Part shown: one piece after another, positions 12,844 to 26,000 of the stretch
Position numbering within the stretch: the first letter of the stretch is position 1
Layout: every line of letters begins with the position of its first letter
Assembly (NCBI GenBank): GCA_035084275.1
Contig: CM068768.1
Location: 7,812,001-7,876,000 of the forward strand
Direction of reading: 5' to 3'
From: Hydrolagus colliei
Lineage: Eukaryota
DNA length: 64,000 nucleotides
Position numbers and translations under genes: made by a program
The notes under the pieces: generated by a model
What the model was told of the DNA's origin: nothing
Seen by the model: the letters and a program-made list of their open reading frames with translations, nothing else
Databases searched by the model: none

Positions 12844-14628
12844 GTAAGGAATCTTGCCCAAAGTTTCTCCCTGACCTGCCTGGATTCGAACACAGGTCTC
12901 ACGCTTGCAAGGAGGGCGAGCGCTCTAACCACTGAGCGACAGGAGCTCCTATGACTGACTCCTGTAAATCAACAGGGACAGCGATGGCTTGTATTTATAC
13001 AGCCAGGCGACGTCTCAAGATCGTTTAAAGGGCATTTCGCGACTACCTCCATCCTGCAGTAACATGAGGACTAGTTAGTACAGGCTCCAAGAGGTTTATT
13101 AGAAGCGAGGTGGGGGGGTGTGGGGCGGGGGTGGGGGGGGGGAGGTGGTGGTAGAGGGGGAGTTGGGAGAAGCCAAGCCATTGGGAAAGGCGTTTGGGAA
13201 TCAGAACGGCTCTCTGTGACCGACCGACGTGCTTCTTGAAGGCGATCGAATCATATCTGAAGTGAACGTTGGAGGCTCGGCAGATGTCCGCAGCGAGCGA
13301 TGAAAATGCCTAGCTTGCAAGACACTGCCAACATTTGGATCTGATGAGATGTGTGTGAGTGTGTGTGTGTGTGTGTGTTGGGTGAGTTAAGGGGCGGGCA
13401 GGCTGTGCAGTGATGCGGTGTTGAGTTTTGAGCTGAGGTTCGCGAGAGGGATTATTTTTTGACACGGTGATGTAGTGAGGAGGAGACACCAGCAGGCCAG
13501 ACGGCAGGTTGCCAGACAGCCGGAAGTCTCTCGGTCCGAATAACACAAATTGCGCGAGTCAAAGGCACCCCCTCGTCTCGCTCTTGGAAACCTCCGCCTC
13601 AGACACGTCCCTCAAGTCTCGTGTGAGCGCTTCTCTCCCCTCCGCCCCCGCCCCCGCCAGAATAAGTGCAAATGCTCTTGACTTTGCTCCACCCGTTTGT
13701 GAGCGGGACATGCTGCTGTGCGCAGTTGGCAGGCAGCTGCGTTCCACCCGCCAAATAACACAGTCAATCCGCTCCGATGTATATACTGCGAAGCACTTTG
13801 ACACGTCTAGAAGCCGTGATAAGGCTCTCTGTGTATCAAATAATGATTGTTTTTAATATCGTATGTCAGAGTGTCCTCTAGGCCTGGGGTTGAAATGAAA
13901 CCTTACTACTCTCTGTCAAATAGCCGCGTTTCTGTTGAGACTCCGCACACTGCTATGTATATATATATTTATACATATACATATAGATAAGTTCAGCGTT
14001 GATCTATTTGCAGATCTTAACCTCACCCACCCCACCCTCGTATTTTCTATCACGAGCTGCGATGAAACATTCTGTCACTCTGTTCTCTGTTCTCCTCGCT
14101 TGTTTCACTTGCTATTTTGGTTAGGTCCTGAATGTTTTTATCGTTGCTAAAAAAAAAACATTCGTGATTTCACTGTTACTCGGACAACATACCCGCGTTC
14201 TTGTAAAATTGTAGAGTTTTTAACATGTGAGAGGTTTACCTAATTGTAGCGGTTTAATGTGAGTTACGTCCGTGCGTGGAGTACCTGTAGCTCAGTGGGT
14301 TAGAGCGCTTACCTTACAACCGTGAGACCTGTGTTTCGAATCCAGGCAGGTCAGGGCCGAACCTTGAGCAAGTTTCCTTACTCCACATACACAGACACAC
14401 AGAGACACGCACACATACAATAATAAAAATAATGACATTGACAATGTTATTCGCTCATTGCGTTCGATACGGCGCCTTATCACGCCTTCGAGACTGTCTC
14501 AAAGCGCGTCTCAGGGTATATACCGCAAACGTGAACGGACTGGATGTTTTTTTGGGGGGCGAAAGAGACAAAAAGCTGCCACTCGACTCTTTTAAGAGAT
14601 GCCGGGCAGATTACACAACGGACCGTAC

Positions 14629-14661
<33 letters not shown>

Positions 14662-17600
14662 GCACACATGCCTGATAATGATCAGTCCAAAAAAAATATA
14701 TAATACATTGGTCATTTTCAATCCATGACTGTTTGTGGGGGAACGCCGCTGCGTGCAATCGGCTGCCGCGTTTTTGGAGTAAGGAAACTTGCCAAAGGTT
14801 GCGTTCGCCCCTGACCTGCCCGGGAATCGAACCCAGGTCTCTCTCTCTCTCTCCGCTCGCGAGAGACGAACGCCCTCTAACCACCGAAGGCTACAGGACT
14901 CCACACTTTCTGCACTTTCCTTTGAAGTGCCTGGTTTGGAAAAGGATTGCGCAGTTGAGTTGAGCTTGACAGAGCGCTGGATTAGATGTCATGTTCAATG
15001 CTGCCAGCTCCTGTCTGCGAATGTCAAGAAAGAACCTGAAAAACTTGATTCACTTGAACCACAGTCCCTCGAGCCGCTGAAATTCAGACACTTCCACCGT
15101 CTCCGCTTTTGTAATCGGTATATTAAGCCCTTCTCTCCGTGAACTCAAAGTCTTTCACGTCAACGTTGGATCTAATAAAAATCACGATGCAGTATCATCG
15201 TAATAATAACAATCCTCGCGTTTGATATAGCGGCTGATCACATCTTTGAGACGTCGCGCGCGCGTGTGTGTGGTGTGTGTGTTTGTGTGTGTGGAGTAAG
15301 GAAACTGACAGGTCTCGCACGCTTGTAAGCCGAGAGCACTAACCACTGAGCTACAGCACTCCAGGAATAATAATAATAATTATTATTATTATAATAAGAA
15401 GAAGAATTGTTGCGTGTGATGTGGCCGGGGAGGGGAATGAATGGCTGGAGAGATGCCTGGGTTGTATAACAGAAAACTCTTGCGAAGCTTCCAATATAGG
15501 AAAGGCAAAGAGCTGGCAATTAGCCCCGGTTAAAACAAAAAACAAATCTCGTTCGCTCCATGGCAGTTTGTGGGACGTTGCCGAACGCGGTGTGTTCGCT
15601 TAGCTCAGAACGAGCTCGCGAGGCCATGCCGGGATTGCGCAGTTCGTTCGCACGAAGGAGGATTTGAAACCGAGCGTATTCTTGTGCCTTCCGCAGGCCA
15701 CACTCTCGATCGCGTCTCTCTCTCGCCCAAACAGCCCGGGGAAGTTTTACTGAGTTCCTCTCGCGTCGCGATGAAAAAAGAAATCAGGGCTCGAAGCAGT
15801 TAAGCTGGAGCAGAGCCGCGGAGGGAGGCAGAGGGAGGTGAGGGAGGGAGCGAAGGAGGGAGGGAGGGAGTGGTAAACCCTGAGCCCTTTAAATTGTCTG
15901 CTCAGTCGGATAGAACATTTGCTAGACTCTCTCTCTCTCTCTCCTCCTTGATAAACTCCCCGAGGGCTAGCTGGCTGGCAAGAAGCTTGCTTGACCTCGC
16001 GGAGTGGAAACGAGAGGGTCATCGAGCGAGCCATCGAGCGAGCGCGAGTGGTGTCGGCAGCTTCAGTCAAAGCCAGGCATGTCGGGCGCTCCCAATGCCT
16101 CATTAGACGCAGGTTCTGGAGCCTGGCTGGAAAGCTCCAAGTCTGTGTCGGACCCGACGGGAGGAGGTAAGGCCGTCCGAGGCAACAGCTCGTTTGCCTG
16201 TTAACTAACGCGGCCGCTCGCAAGCCGTGTTGTAGCAACAATGCCGAGGCTTTTCACACTGACGCCACACCACTCTCTCGGGGCTGATGTGCTGGCTGGC
16301 AGGGGGCTGCGTTGGCGTGCGCTCAAGGCTGGCAAAGGGACAGTGAGGCAGAAGCGTTCGCTCAGGACAGTCTTCAAACCCGTTTTATGCCTCACCAGGA
16401 AATAGCCCTCTGGGAATTTGAATGCGCGTGTTTTCTTGAGATTGCATTGTGTGTATGTGTGTGTCTGTGTTGTCTGTGTGTGTGTGTGTTGTGAGTCTGT
16501 GATCTGAGTGTGTCTGTGTGTATGAGTCTGTGTGTATATGTGTGTGTGTCTGTGTGTGAGTCTATATGTGTGTGTGTCTGTGTGTGAGTCTATATGTGTG
16601 AGTGTGNNNNNNNNNNNNNNNNNNNNNNNNNNNNNNNNNNNNNNNNNNNNNNNNNNNNNNNNNNNNNNNNNNNNNNNNNNNNNNNNNNNNNNNNNNNNNN
16701 NNNNNNNNNNNNNNNNNNNNNNNNNNNNNNNNNNNNNNNNNNNNNNNNNNNNNNNNNNNNNNNNNNNNNNNNNNNNNNNNNNNNNNNNNNNNNNNNNNNN
16801 NNNNNNNNNNNNNNNNNNNNNNNNNNNNNNNNNNNNNNNNNNNNNNNNNNNNNNNNNNNNNNNNNNNNNNNNNNNNNNNNNNNNNNNNNNNNNNNGTCTG
16901 TGAGTGGAATCAGTGCCTTGGGATGTCCTCTCGCCGTGAAAGGCACCATGCAAATCTAATTTTGCATGTGTGCGTATATGTGTGTGTGTGTGTGTGTGTA
17001 TGCGCGCGCACAACCACTTGTGTTTTCGCATGACTGAACTGCGTGCGTCTGTGGGTGCGTGCCCGTGACTGACTGCACATGTGTGTGTGAGCACGCACCT
17101 GTCATCACGGAGATTTGCAGTGTGCACTTCCTGTAAACGATTGCAGCGTTGATTAAAAATGAGCGATTGGGTATTTTTGCCTATCCCTCATAGCTCTCTC
17201 CCCCCCCCCCACCCCACCTCCCACCGTCACCATCACCCCCTCTCTTCCCCTACGCCCCATCCCTACCACTCCCACCTCTCGAACCCTACTCCCCTTTCCC
17301 CGCAAGCTCTGTGGTAGGACAGGCATTGCTACTTTCACATCCGACATTAAATACAAAGCTCTTGTCTTCCTGCCCGCTCAGGTGGAGATTAAAGATCCTA
17401 AGGGAATAAAGAGGAGGTTGTTTGTCCCCCATGACAATTTCCCACGCACAAGTCGTTTACTTCAGGGCTGTTTACGGGAGAATGCTGTGTGTAAATTGGC
17501 TCCTGCATTCGTTCGCCCACAAAATGGGCGAACGAATGCATACACACGCACGCACACACACATGCATACACACGCACACACAATAACAACAACAAAATTA

Positions 17601-20600
17601 CACTTGTATAGCACATCAAGTCAGGTAGTCATCCCCAGTGCTGACATCACACACACGCGCAGTCCACACACACACGCACTCCACACACATACGTACATCA
17701 AACACACGCGCACACCACACACAAACGCGCACACATACAGCGTAGCACGCCTTTGGAATGACAAGGCAGTGGTTGAAATGCTGCTGGTGTTTGATGTAGC
17801 GCTTTTCACGTTTTCTAGACGTCTCAAAGCGTTTCACTCAATATACCGCAAAGCGAATTGACTGTACCTGTGTGGACGAAACGCAGCGGCCAATTGCGCA
17901 CAGCATCGACCCCCACAAACGGTCGTGACCGGTTATTTATTTACTCGGAAGGGAATTATTACCCCCCCCCAAAAAAGTGATCCGCCAATCAATCGACTGA
18001 CAACCGGTTGGAGTAAGGAAACTCGCCCAGCGTGTTTGCCCTGCCGGGAATCGAACCCAGGCCTCTCGAGTTGCCAGCCGATTACTCTAACCACTGAGCT
18101 GTGGGCCAACGCCTTTTCCCCTCCTGACCGCGTTCCTCTTTCCTGGAGGTTTGGCGGAGAGGGGGGGGGAGGTTGAGAAAGTCGTCACTGTCTATATCGA
18201 GAGAGAGAAATATATAATCTACTCCATTGTTGTTACGTGACGCACATCCCGTGGTCACTCAATTGCACGTCGACCCTTCCCGGATTAACTCTGTTTTTTT
18301 CCCCCGAATTATACTTAGACTTTGGCAGACAGCTGTGGCCATAATGAGAGATTGTGTCATATTGTCAAGCTACCGTGTAAAGATTCTCGAATGAATACGT
18401 TTCCAGTCAGGGGGGAAAAAGAAGGATTTTATCACTGGGACTGCAATGATTTTGATTGTGGCAATAATCCTCGCGTTTTATACATCGCCTTCGTCGGGTC
18501 TTCGAACCGTCTTTTTGCTGGCTCGCGGGATCTTATTCTAGAAGCGTAGTGACCGTGCTTCATTGATGAACCGCGAGGGCCAGCGACGTTCCAGCAAAGA
18601 GCCGGCAGAGAGATAACGCTGCCGTTACAACGACCCTCGCGTTTGACCGAGTGACTTTATCGGTTCCTCGGGACGTCGCTAAAGTGCTTCACGGATCGCA
18701 AAGTGGTTCGACTGTGCGTTTCCGGGCAAAACGCAGCAGCCGGTCGCGTTGCTGCCCGGGGGGAATCGAACCCGGGTGCTCTCGCTCGGAGTCCACGCCA
18801 ACGGCGGGCGAAAGATCGAGTCCCCTGTTGTGGCGCTGGTTTGGATTTTCTGGGCGTTTGACAATGCACATTCACTGTAGTGTGTGTTTGCCTTCTCTAT
18901 CCGTGCCCGAGTCTCTGAGCTCAAACTCGGTGGCTGAATCACAAGTCTAAATGCGAACAAAGACAACAGGGTCTCGCTGCTCTCTAATTAGAGGGTGAGG
19001 GAATTGTGGCTGGTTATTTCTCCCTCGCTCTCCCTCCCTCCCTCCCTCCCTCCCTCACTCTCTCTCCCATTCGGCACTATTTTGGGAAGCGCTTCGGTGA
19101 TTTAAGCACAAATGATGGGCCGAGGGGAGTTCCCGATTCGCCGAGCAGGTTCTGTCGAGCGCGGAGTGGAAACCACTCTCTTCACGTAAAAAACAAAAAG
19201 AAAACTCCCGACGAGAGAAGTTTAATCTCAGCCCAGATTCCGGGAGGTGGACAGGAACACACACGCACGCAAACAAACAGCTGCTGAAGCTCCCAGCCAG
19301 CCTTGTAAGTAACTTCGCTTTAATCCACAAAAAGCCTTGAGGTAAAGAGTGCGTCCACGCTCTCGGAGTCAGGGTTAGAGACACAGTGAAGCTCTCTCAA
19401 CGCTGTGCGTCCGTCCACACTCCCAGGTCAGCGTTAGAGACACAGTAAAGTTCCCTCTACACTGTGCGTCCACACTCCCAGGTCAGGGTTAGAGACACGG
19501 TAAAGCTCCCTCTGTACTGTGCGTCCAGCTGTCTGTACTTTCAGCCGCCGAGATGATTAGGGTTACCATGGAATCCGGGCGAGTGGAGGTAGCCAATTAC
19601 TGAAAGGTACTAAATTTAACCCTCTCCACCCCACTGCCAATTGAAATAACACTCAACCCCTCTGTGCCTGATTCCGTCTTGGGACATCCTGCCGACGTGA
19701 GAGGCGCTAATGCAATCTGTTGCTTGTTTCTGTTTCTTGTTGTGGTTGTCATTTTGGCTTTCAAGTTAACTTTATTCAGTGTGTTTAGCTGCGGGTGGGG
19801 TTGGGAGGGAGGGAGCTGTAGAGAGAAGACATTTCTGCTGATTCAGCAGCCTCGCGAATCAGCAAATTTCCTTTGATCTCATCAAATTACAGCCAATCTC
19901 AGGAGGGGAACATCACAGCACGGTTAGGGATTCAGAGAGAAGCTGCGGCAGAGACTGTAACAGCTATATGTACTGATACTCACATCTCTTGGATAGTTAG
20001 ATGGTTCAGGGGAGTTGGTGGAGGGAAGTCAATGCTTTTGGAGCGTGTCAGGCCTGAACTCTCTCCCTCAATCCCTTCTCTGTCTTGCACCCTCCCTCCC
20101 TACCCACCTTCAAATCCCGCTGAAGGACATTCCTTTTTGATCACGCTGTACGCAAAATTGGCTGCCGCGTTTCGCCCGCAAATATAAGTCGAGTCACTTT
20201 ACAATATAATCTGTGAAGCGCTTTGAGACGTCGATAAGATGTGAAAAGCGCTATATCAAATCATTATTTTTTTCTTTTGGGACAGATTATTATCAGGCAT
20301 GTGTGTGGAGTAAGGAAATTTGCCCAAGGTTTGGCCCTGACCTGCCTGGATTCGAACACACGGGTCTCACGCTTGTAGGGCGAGTGCTCTAACCACTAAT
20401 CAACAATACTGACAATAATAATTTTCACAATCCTCGCATTTGATATCGCGTCCCATCAGTCTTCGAGAGGTCTCGCAGCCTCTTCACAGAATATGCTTCA
20501 ATGAGGAACACTTGGTTTCATGTCTCATCCAAAGCTTTTGAGAGAAGACTGTCTTAGACGCTAGGAGGACTAGCCGGCAGAATGTGATACTTTACTGTAA

Positions 20601-22869
20601 GAATTCTAACAAAGGTTCTTAAGGAGTTACTGCTATTTCGTGAAATCGCATGGACAGCAATGTTCTGTGTTACTGCTCAGTGGGCTTTTACCTGTTATCA
20701 GCATGATGTGAAGCCTAATCATTCTCATGTGAAATAGATTTGTGTTAATTGCTTCCTGTTTTCACACCCCCAACCATCCCACACCCCCCTTAAAGTACAT
20801 GGCTGGACAGAGGATTAGTGTCAGTCTGGGTCAGTGTTAGTGTTCTCGTCTGCGTATCAGAGTTGATGGGTTCAACCCCCACCTGCAAACAGCCAGGAAG
20901 GTGAATGATTTATTTTATTTGGAGGATTGTTGGCTAGGTCACCAGTAACTAAATAAGAATAACAATAATATTAATCCTTGCGTTTGACACAGCGCTTTTC
21001 ACATCTTCTGGACGTCTCAAAGCGCTTCACAGAATGTATTGTAAATTGAATTGACTGTATATAGGTGGGAGAAATGCGGCAGCCAATTTTTATTAACTTA
21101 TTGCAGTACTATTAAAGTGTTACGCTTCACAGCTTCACATGGTTAAAAAGGTCAAATGAAACCAAGCGTAAACTTCCCCTGTAAGCGCTCCGAGGCGCTA
21201 ACGGTGAGAAGTTCGCTATTTAAATGCAAGTTGTTGTTGCAGTTGATTTCTGATCGAATCGACCGGGCGTTGGAATTGTATTTAAAGTTCTCCCACAGCA
21301 CAGCTGGAGGCCATTCGACCCATCATGTCCGTGCTCGCTCGTTGTAAGAGTTTCCCAACTCGTCCCAATCCCTGCCCTGTTTTTACCCCCACGGCTCTGC
21401 AAATTTGTCCTTTCCAAATACTCCTTTGCAAGCTGCTGGAGTTCAGTGGTTAGAGTACTCGCCTGACAAAGCGAGAGACGTGGGTTCAATTGCAGACTGG
21501 GCGAATCCTTGGCCAAGTTTCCTCAATCCACACGCCTAATCATAATCCCTCGAAAAATACCGAATTTCAACCCCCAAGTGTTTGCGGAGACGCTACCGTG
21601 CGCAATTAGGCTGCCGCGTTTCGCCCACAAACTGTCCAGTCACTTCGCCTTACAGTACATTCTATGAAGCGCTTCGAGACGTCTGTCTAGAAGACGCGAT
21701 AAGCGCTATTATCAAATGCAAGGATTAGTATTAATATTATTAATATTATCACCCCCGCCACTATCGAATCTGTTTCCTTTCAGGCAGTGTGTGCTCCGTG
21801 GGTAAAAACAAACATCGCCTTGTCTCACCTAGTGTCAGACGTTTCGTTCGCAATCTTCTGTACAGAAGAGATAATCCAGATAGCCGGCCACTGGGAAATC
21901 TTCCGCGAGTGTAAAATAGCCTTGGGCTCCCCACCTCCGAGCAGAAAGCATTCCAATACCAAAGGCAATTTTGTGATGAGACTGTGACAGGCCGAGAGGC
22001 AGCGAGCGAGAGCTGCCGTCAGATCTGCGCAACTCACTTCTTCCTGTTGGGCCTCTTCGCGTCGCTCCGTGTTAGCCTCAAACGAGGTATTTTTAACCGA
22101 AAGAAAGACAAGGTCTTGTCAACGTTTCCCCCGTTTGCGGAAAACCCCGGGACATTGTCCTGGCTTGAAAGGCGCTGTGATTGCAAAGGATTGCTATTGC
22201 TCCAGAGAAGATAATCATAAGGATAATAATAATACTCCCTGCATTCGATATAGCGCCTTCTCACATCTTCGAGACGTCTCAAAGAGCGTGGCAGAGCGCA
22301 CTGTAAAGTGAATTGATTGTATATTTGGGTGGCGATAGCCGCTTGTCCGATTCAACCACTAGATTTATTGATCAAGCTGATGAAACATTGAACGCCACAG
22401 TGCCGATTAGGTCGAGGGGTGGGCGGGTTGTTTTTTTCACCCGAAGCAGGGTTGGTTGGTGCAGTGATGGGCAGCTGTGAATGATCTTCACATCTCCCAA
22501 ACTATCTCCCCTCCCCTCCTCCCCACCGCCCCCTCAAACCAAGTCACTATCCGCGAGAGCAAATGTGCTGCAGCTGGGAGGAGGTGGATTGAAGTGTATT
22601 TTTAGATGGGAGCTATTATGCTGCCAGCTGTAAACTTAACGCTGGCTGAAAGCAGTCTTTACCAGCAACCCTTTAATAAACTCCCAACTCCAGGCTGCCC
22701 TCTCAGATATTTCTAGGGCGTCATCCCAAAGGATAGTTCTTCTGCGCACAGATGTACTGTGGTCTCCTGTTGGCGCTCAGCGGTTCGAGCGCTCGTCTTA
22801 CAGGCGTGAGACCTGTGTTCGAATCCAGGCAGATCAGGACGACGAAACCTTGGGCAAGTTTCCTTACTC

Positions 22870-22900
<31 letters not shown>

Positions 22901-23011
22901 CTGATAATTGTCAAAAAAAACCCACATATAATCAAAATTGCTCATTTTCAATCCACGCTTGTTTGTGGTTACCATTACCAATTTCACCTGTGCTTTATTG
23001 CGTTTGCATTG

Positions 23012-23043
<32 letters not shown>

Positions 23044-26000
23044 GTTGTCGGCATGATTGTGACCTTTTCCTCTAGCGGAGCCTCTCATCCCCCCTCCCTG
23101 TTGTGATTGCTGTGTCTCCACAGTGTCTCCATCCTCGCTGTGAGCTATTGCAATTACACATAGGCATGTGTGTGTGTGTGAATCACTCAGCTCATTCCAC
23201 GCTCTGTAGCAGCTACATGTAACTGTTTGAGGTTCGCTCGTGCTATCAGCAGTGAACGAAGAGCGATGGTTCTCAATTGCCAGGTCTCCAAATGGAGTCT
23301 CGTCACCTACTCAACACCTGAGGAGGGGAGGTGAGGGTTAAGGGTGGGGGTGGAGTTGGAGGGGGCAGTGTGGATTGAGAGTTATGGGTGAGGAAAGCGT
23401 GGAAGGTTGGGAGAGAAACCGAGGAGGGTCGGGGAGGGTGGAACGTGACTGAAAGGGAGGACGAGGTAGAAAATGTCCCTTCATAAGCTGCAGATCATCC
23501 GGAACTCTGCAGCTCGTACCCTCACCAAGCTCCGTCACCACATCACTCCCACCCTCGCCCGGCTCCATTGGCTCCCCATCCCCCAGAGGATCGACTTCAA
23601 GATCCTCCACTCGCTTTCAAGGCCATTTGTGGCCTTGCCCTCTTCTATCCCTTAGACCTGCTGCCCACCAATGCACCTCCCTCCATTCAGCGGGCTCTGA
23701 TCTGTTCCGTGTTCCCCCGCCTGACCCGCCCTACCATCGGTGGACGGGCGTTCAACTTCTCCACCCCCACACTCTGGAACTCCATCCCACAGTCCCTTCG
23801 CTTCACTCTCTCCCTCGCCTCTTTTAAGGCCGGTCTCAAGACCCTACTCTTCGATCGTGCCTCCTGCTGCCCTCCCAACTCTCTCCCTCCCCCTCCTAAA
23901 TCTCTCCCTCCCTCTCCTAACTCTCTCGCACCGCTCCCCCATCCCCTCCCCACCTCTGACCCTGCCCCTCTCCCTCTCGCTCGATTTGACTGTTCAGCGC
24001 TTTGGGACATCCTCCTGACTTGAAGAGGACGCTCTGTAAAAGTAATTTTGTTTGTGTCTGTGTGTTGTTTACGCCGCTAGCTATGCAGCAAGTCCTGGAC
24101 AACCTGAGCGAGCTGCCCAACTCCACCGGAGCCAACGATCTGGACCTGCTGTTCCTCAGAGGGATTATGGAGAGCCCAATTGTACGATCACTGGCTAAGG
24201 TATCTCTGTGGTCAGCGGAGATCAGCCTTCGCACTGTATTGTGATTCTCGCTCCCGGGCCCTCGTCTGCCAGTTCCCGGCCGGAACGGGCGGAGGGTTAG
24301 GAACAGGAGCAGGCAATTCAGCCCCTCAAGCCTGTGGTGTCACACTATATTCGTTCCGGTCAAATAACACGATGAAATTGTCCCGTGGGCCAGATGTGGC
24401 CCCATGGGCTGGCAGTTGGACCTCCCTACACTAGATGAAAGGCTGATCTGTACTTCCAATTCCAATTAGACGCCTTCGTGTGTGACTTGCTGCCTGGCCA
24501 CGGCCTAAACAAATCATCTAGCCAACCTCAGTCTGAAAGATTTCAGTCGATCAGCCATCCACAGCCTTTTCAACAGACGGAGAGAGTTCTAGATTTCCAC
24601 TCCCACTTGGTGTGTGAAAATCTGTGTGAACCGATTTCACTCCGTAATGGCCTAGATCCAACTGTAAATTGATTTCCTACTTGTTCTGGATTCCCCCCCC
24701 CCCACCCTGTCCTCCACCCCACCCCGTCACCCGTCCTCATAATTTAATCCTTTTCAGCTCCGTGACTCAAAGCGTAAAGCCAGCACAGCAATGTCCCACC
24801 GAGAATGCGCAAAGCGGGGGGTCGAGTTAGCACTCTGTAAAGCTTTGCCCGGTTAAAACTCTCGCAGTTTCATCCGAGCACGAGGGATCAAGAACTCTTG
24901 GCTTCGACTCATTTTCAGCTCGCGTAGACAATTTGACAGTTGATGCTTCCAAACCACCGGGAATCACAATACAAAAATCTCTGCTTCAAATCAAAATGTT
25001 GCTGTAATCGTAAGACGCAAATTATGGTTTGTAATCGAGTCTGTGTGTGTGTGTATAGATATATATATATATAGTTTGGCCCGCAAAATATACAGTCAAT
25101 TCAATTGGCGGTATATTCTGTGAAGCTCTTTGAGACGCCGATAAGATGTGAAAAGCCGCGATATCAAGTGCAAGGATTATTATTATATTATTATAACTGA
25201 CAGTGCATTCTGTGAGGTCACTTTGAGACGTCTCGAAGACGTGATAAGGCGGTATATCAAATGCGTGCATCATTATACCGTTGAGGGGGAATTAAATAAG
25301 GCGGCACCAACACAGACCTCACAGACAGAGAGAGTTAGATTTTGGGGGGGGGTTTGTCGAGGGCTGGCTGGAGAGAAATGCAATCGAAAAAACACATGAA
25401 TTCGCTACTGGAACAAAAGCCGGCCACCACTGACTGTACACATGTTCCAAGTGCGAATGTGGGCGGAATGTGAAAGTGCTATTAGAAAGCAATTTGGCTG
25501 TTATTATGGCTCATATTCTCTTGACTGACTGACTGTCTGCCTGACTGTCTGCCTGCCTGCCTTCAGCCTGGCTCAGTCGGTCGCACTAGTTACAGTAACG
25601 TTGAGCAAACGCACGTGAGAATTTGCTGGGCAAACGAAGACCATAGTGACACCCAGTTTGCCTGCCACCATCCAGAGAGTCGCTTGCACAAGTCATGTCC
25701 CAAACTGGATGCTAAAAGAAATTATTCCACCCAAGGATAGGGTCTCGGAGAGCTTCTCAGAGGTAACAACAACAACAACAACAACAACACCCCTGAGATT
25801 TTCACAAAGAATTTTTTCTAAANNNNNNNNNNNNNNNNNNNNNNNNNNNNNNNNNNNNNNNNNNNNNNNNNNNNNNNNNNNNNNNNNNNNNNNNNNNNNN
25901 NNNNNNNNNNNNNNNNNNNNNNNNNNNNNNNNNNNNNNNNNNNNNNNNNNNNNNNTGGAGGAGACCAAGCTGGAGGCTGTGAGGGACAATAACTTGGAGC

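Noticed and set aside
16201-17127. Long ORFs spanning N runs (also near 25.8, 31.2 and 43.1 kb)
   Set aside because: Open only because of gaps.
19349-19527. CRISPR-like array
   Set aside because: Eukaryotic context, whole units repeat with no unique spacers, and there are no cas genes.
23473-24023. Active LINE reverse transcriptase
   Set aside because: Only short frameshifted 3' fragments are present; no intact ORF2 in the window.
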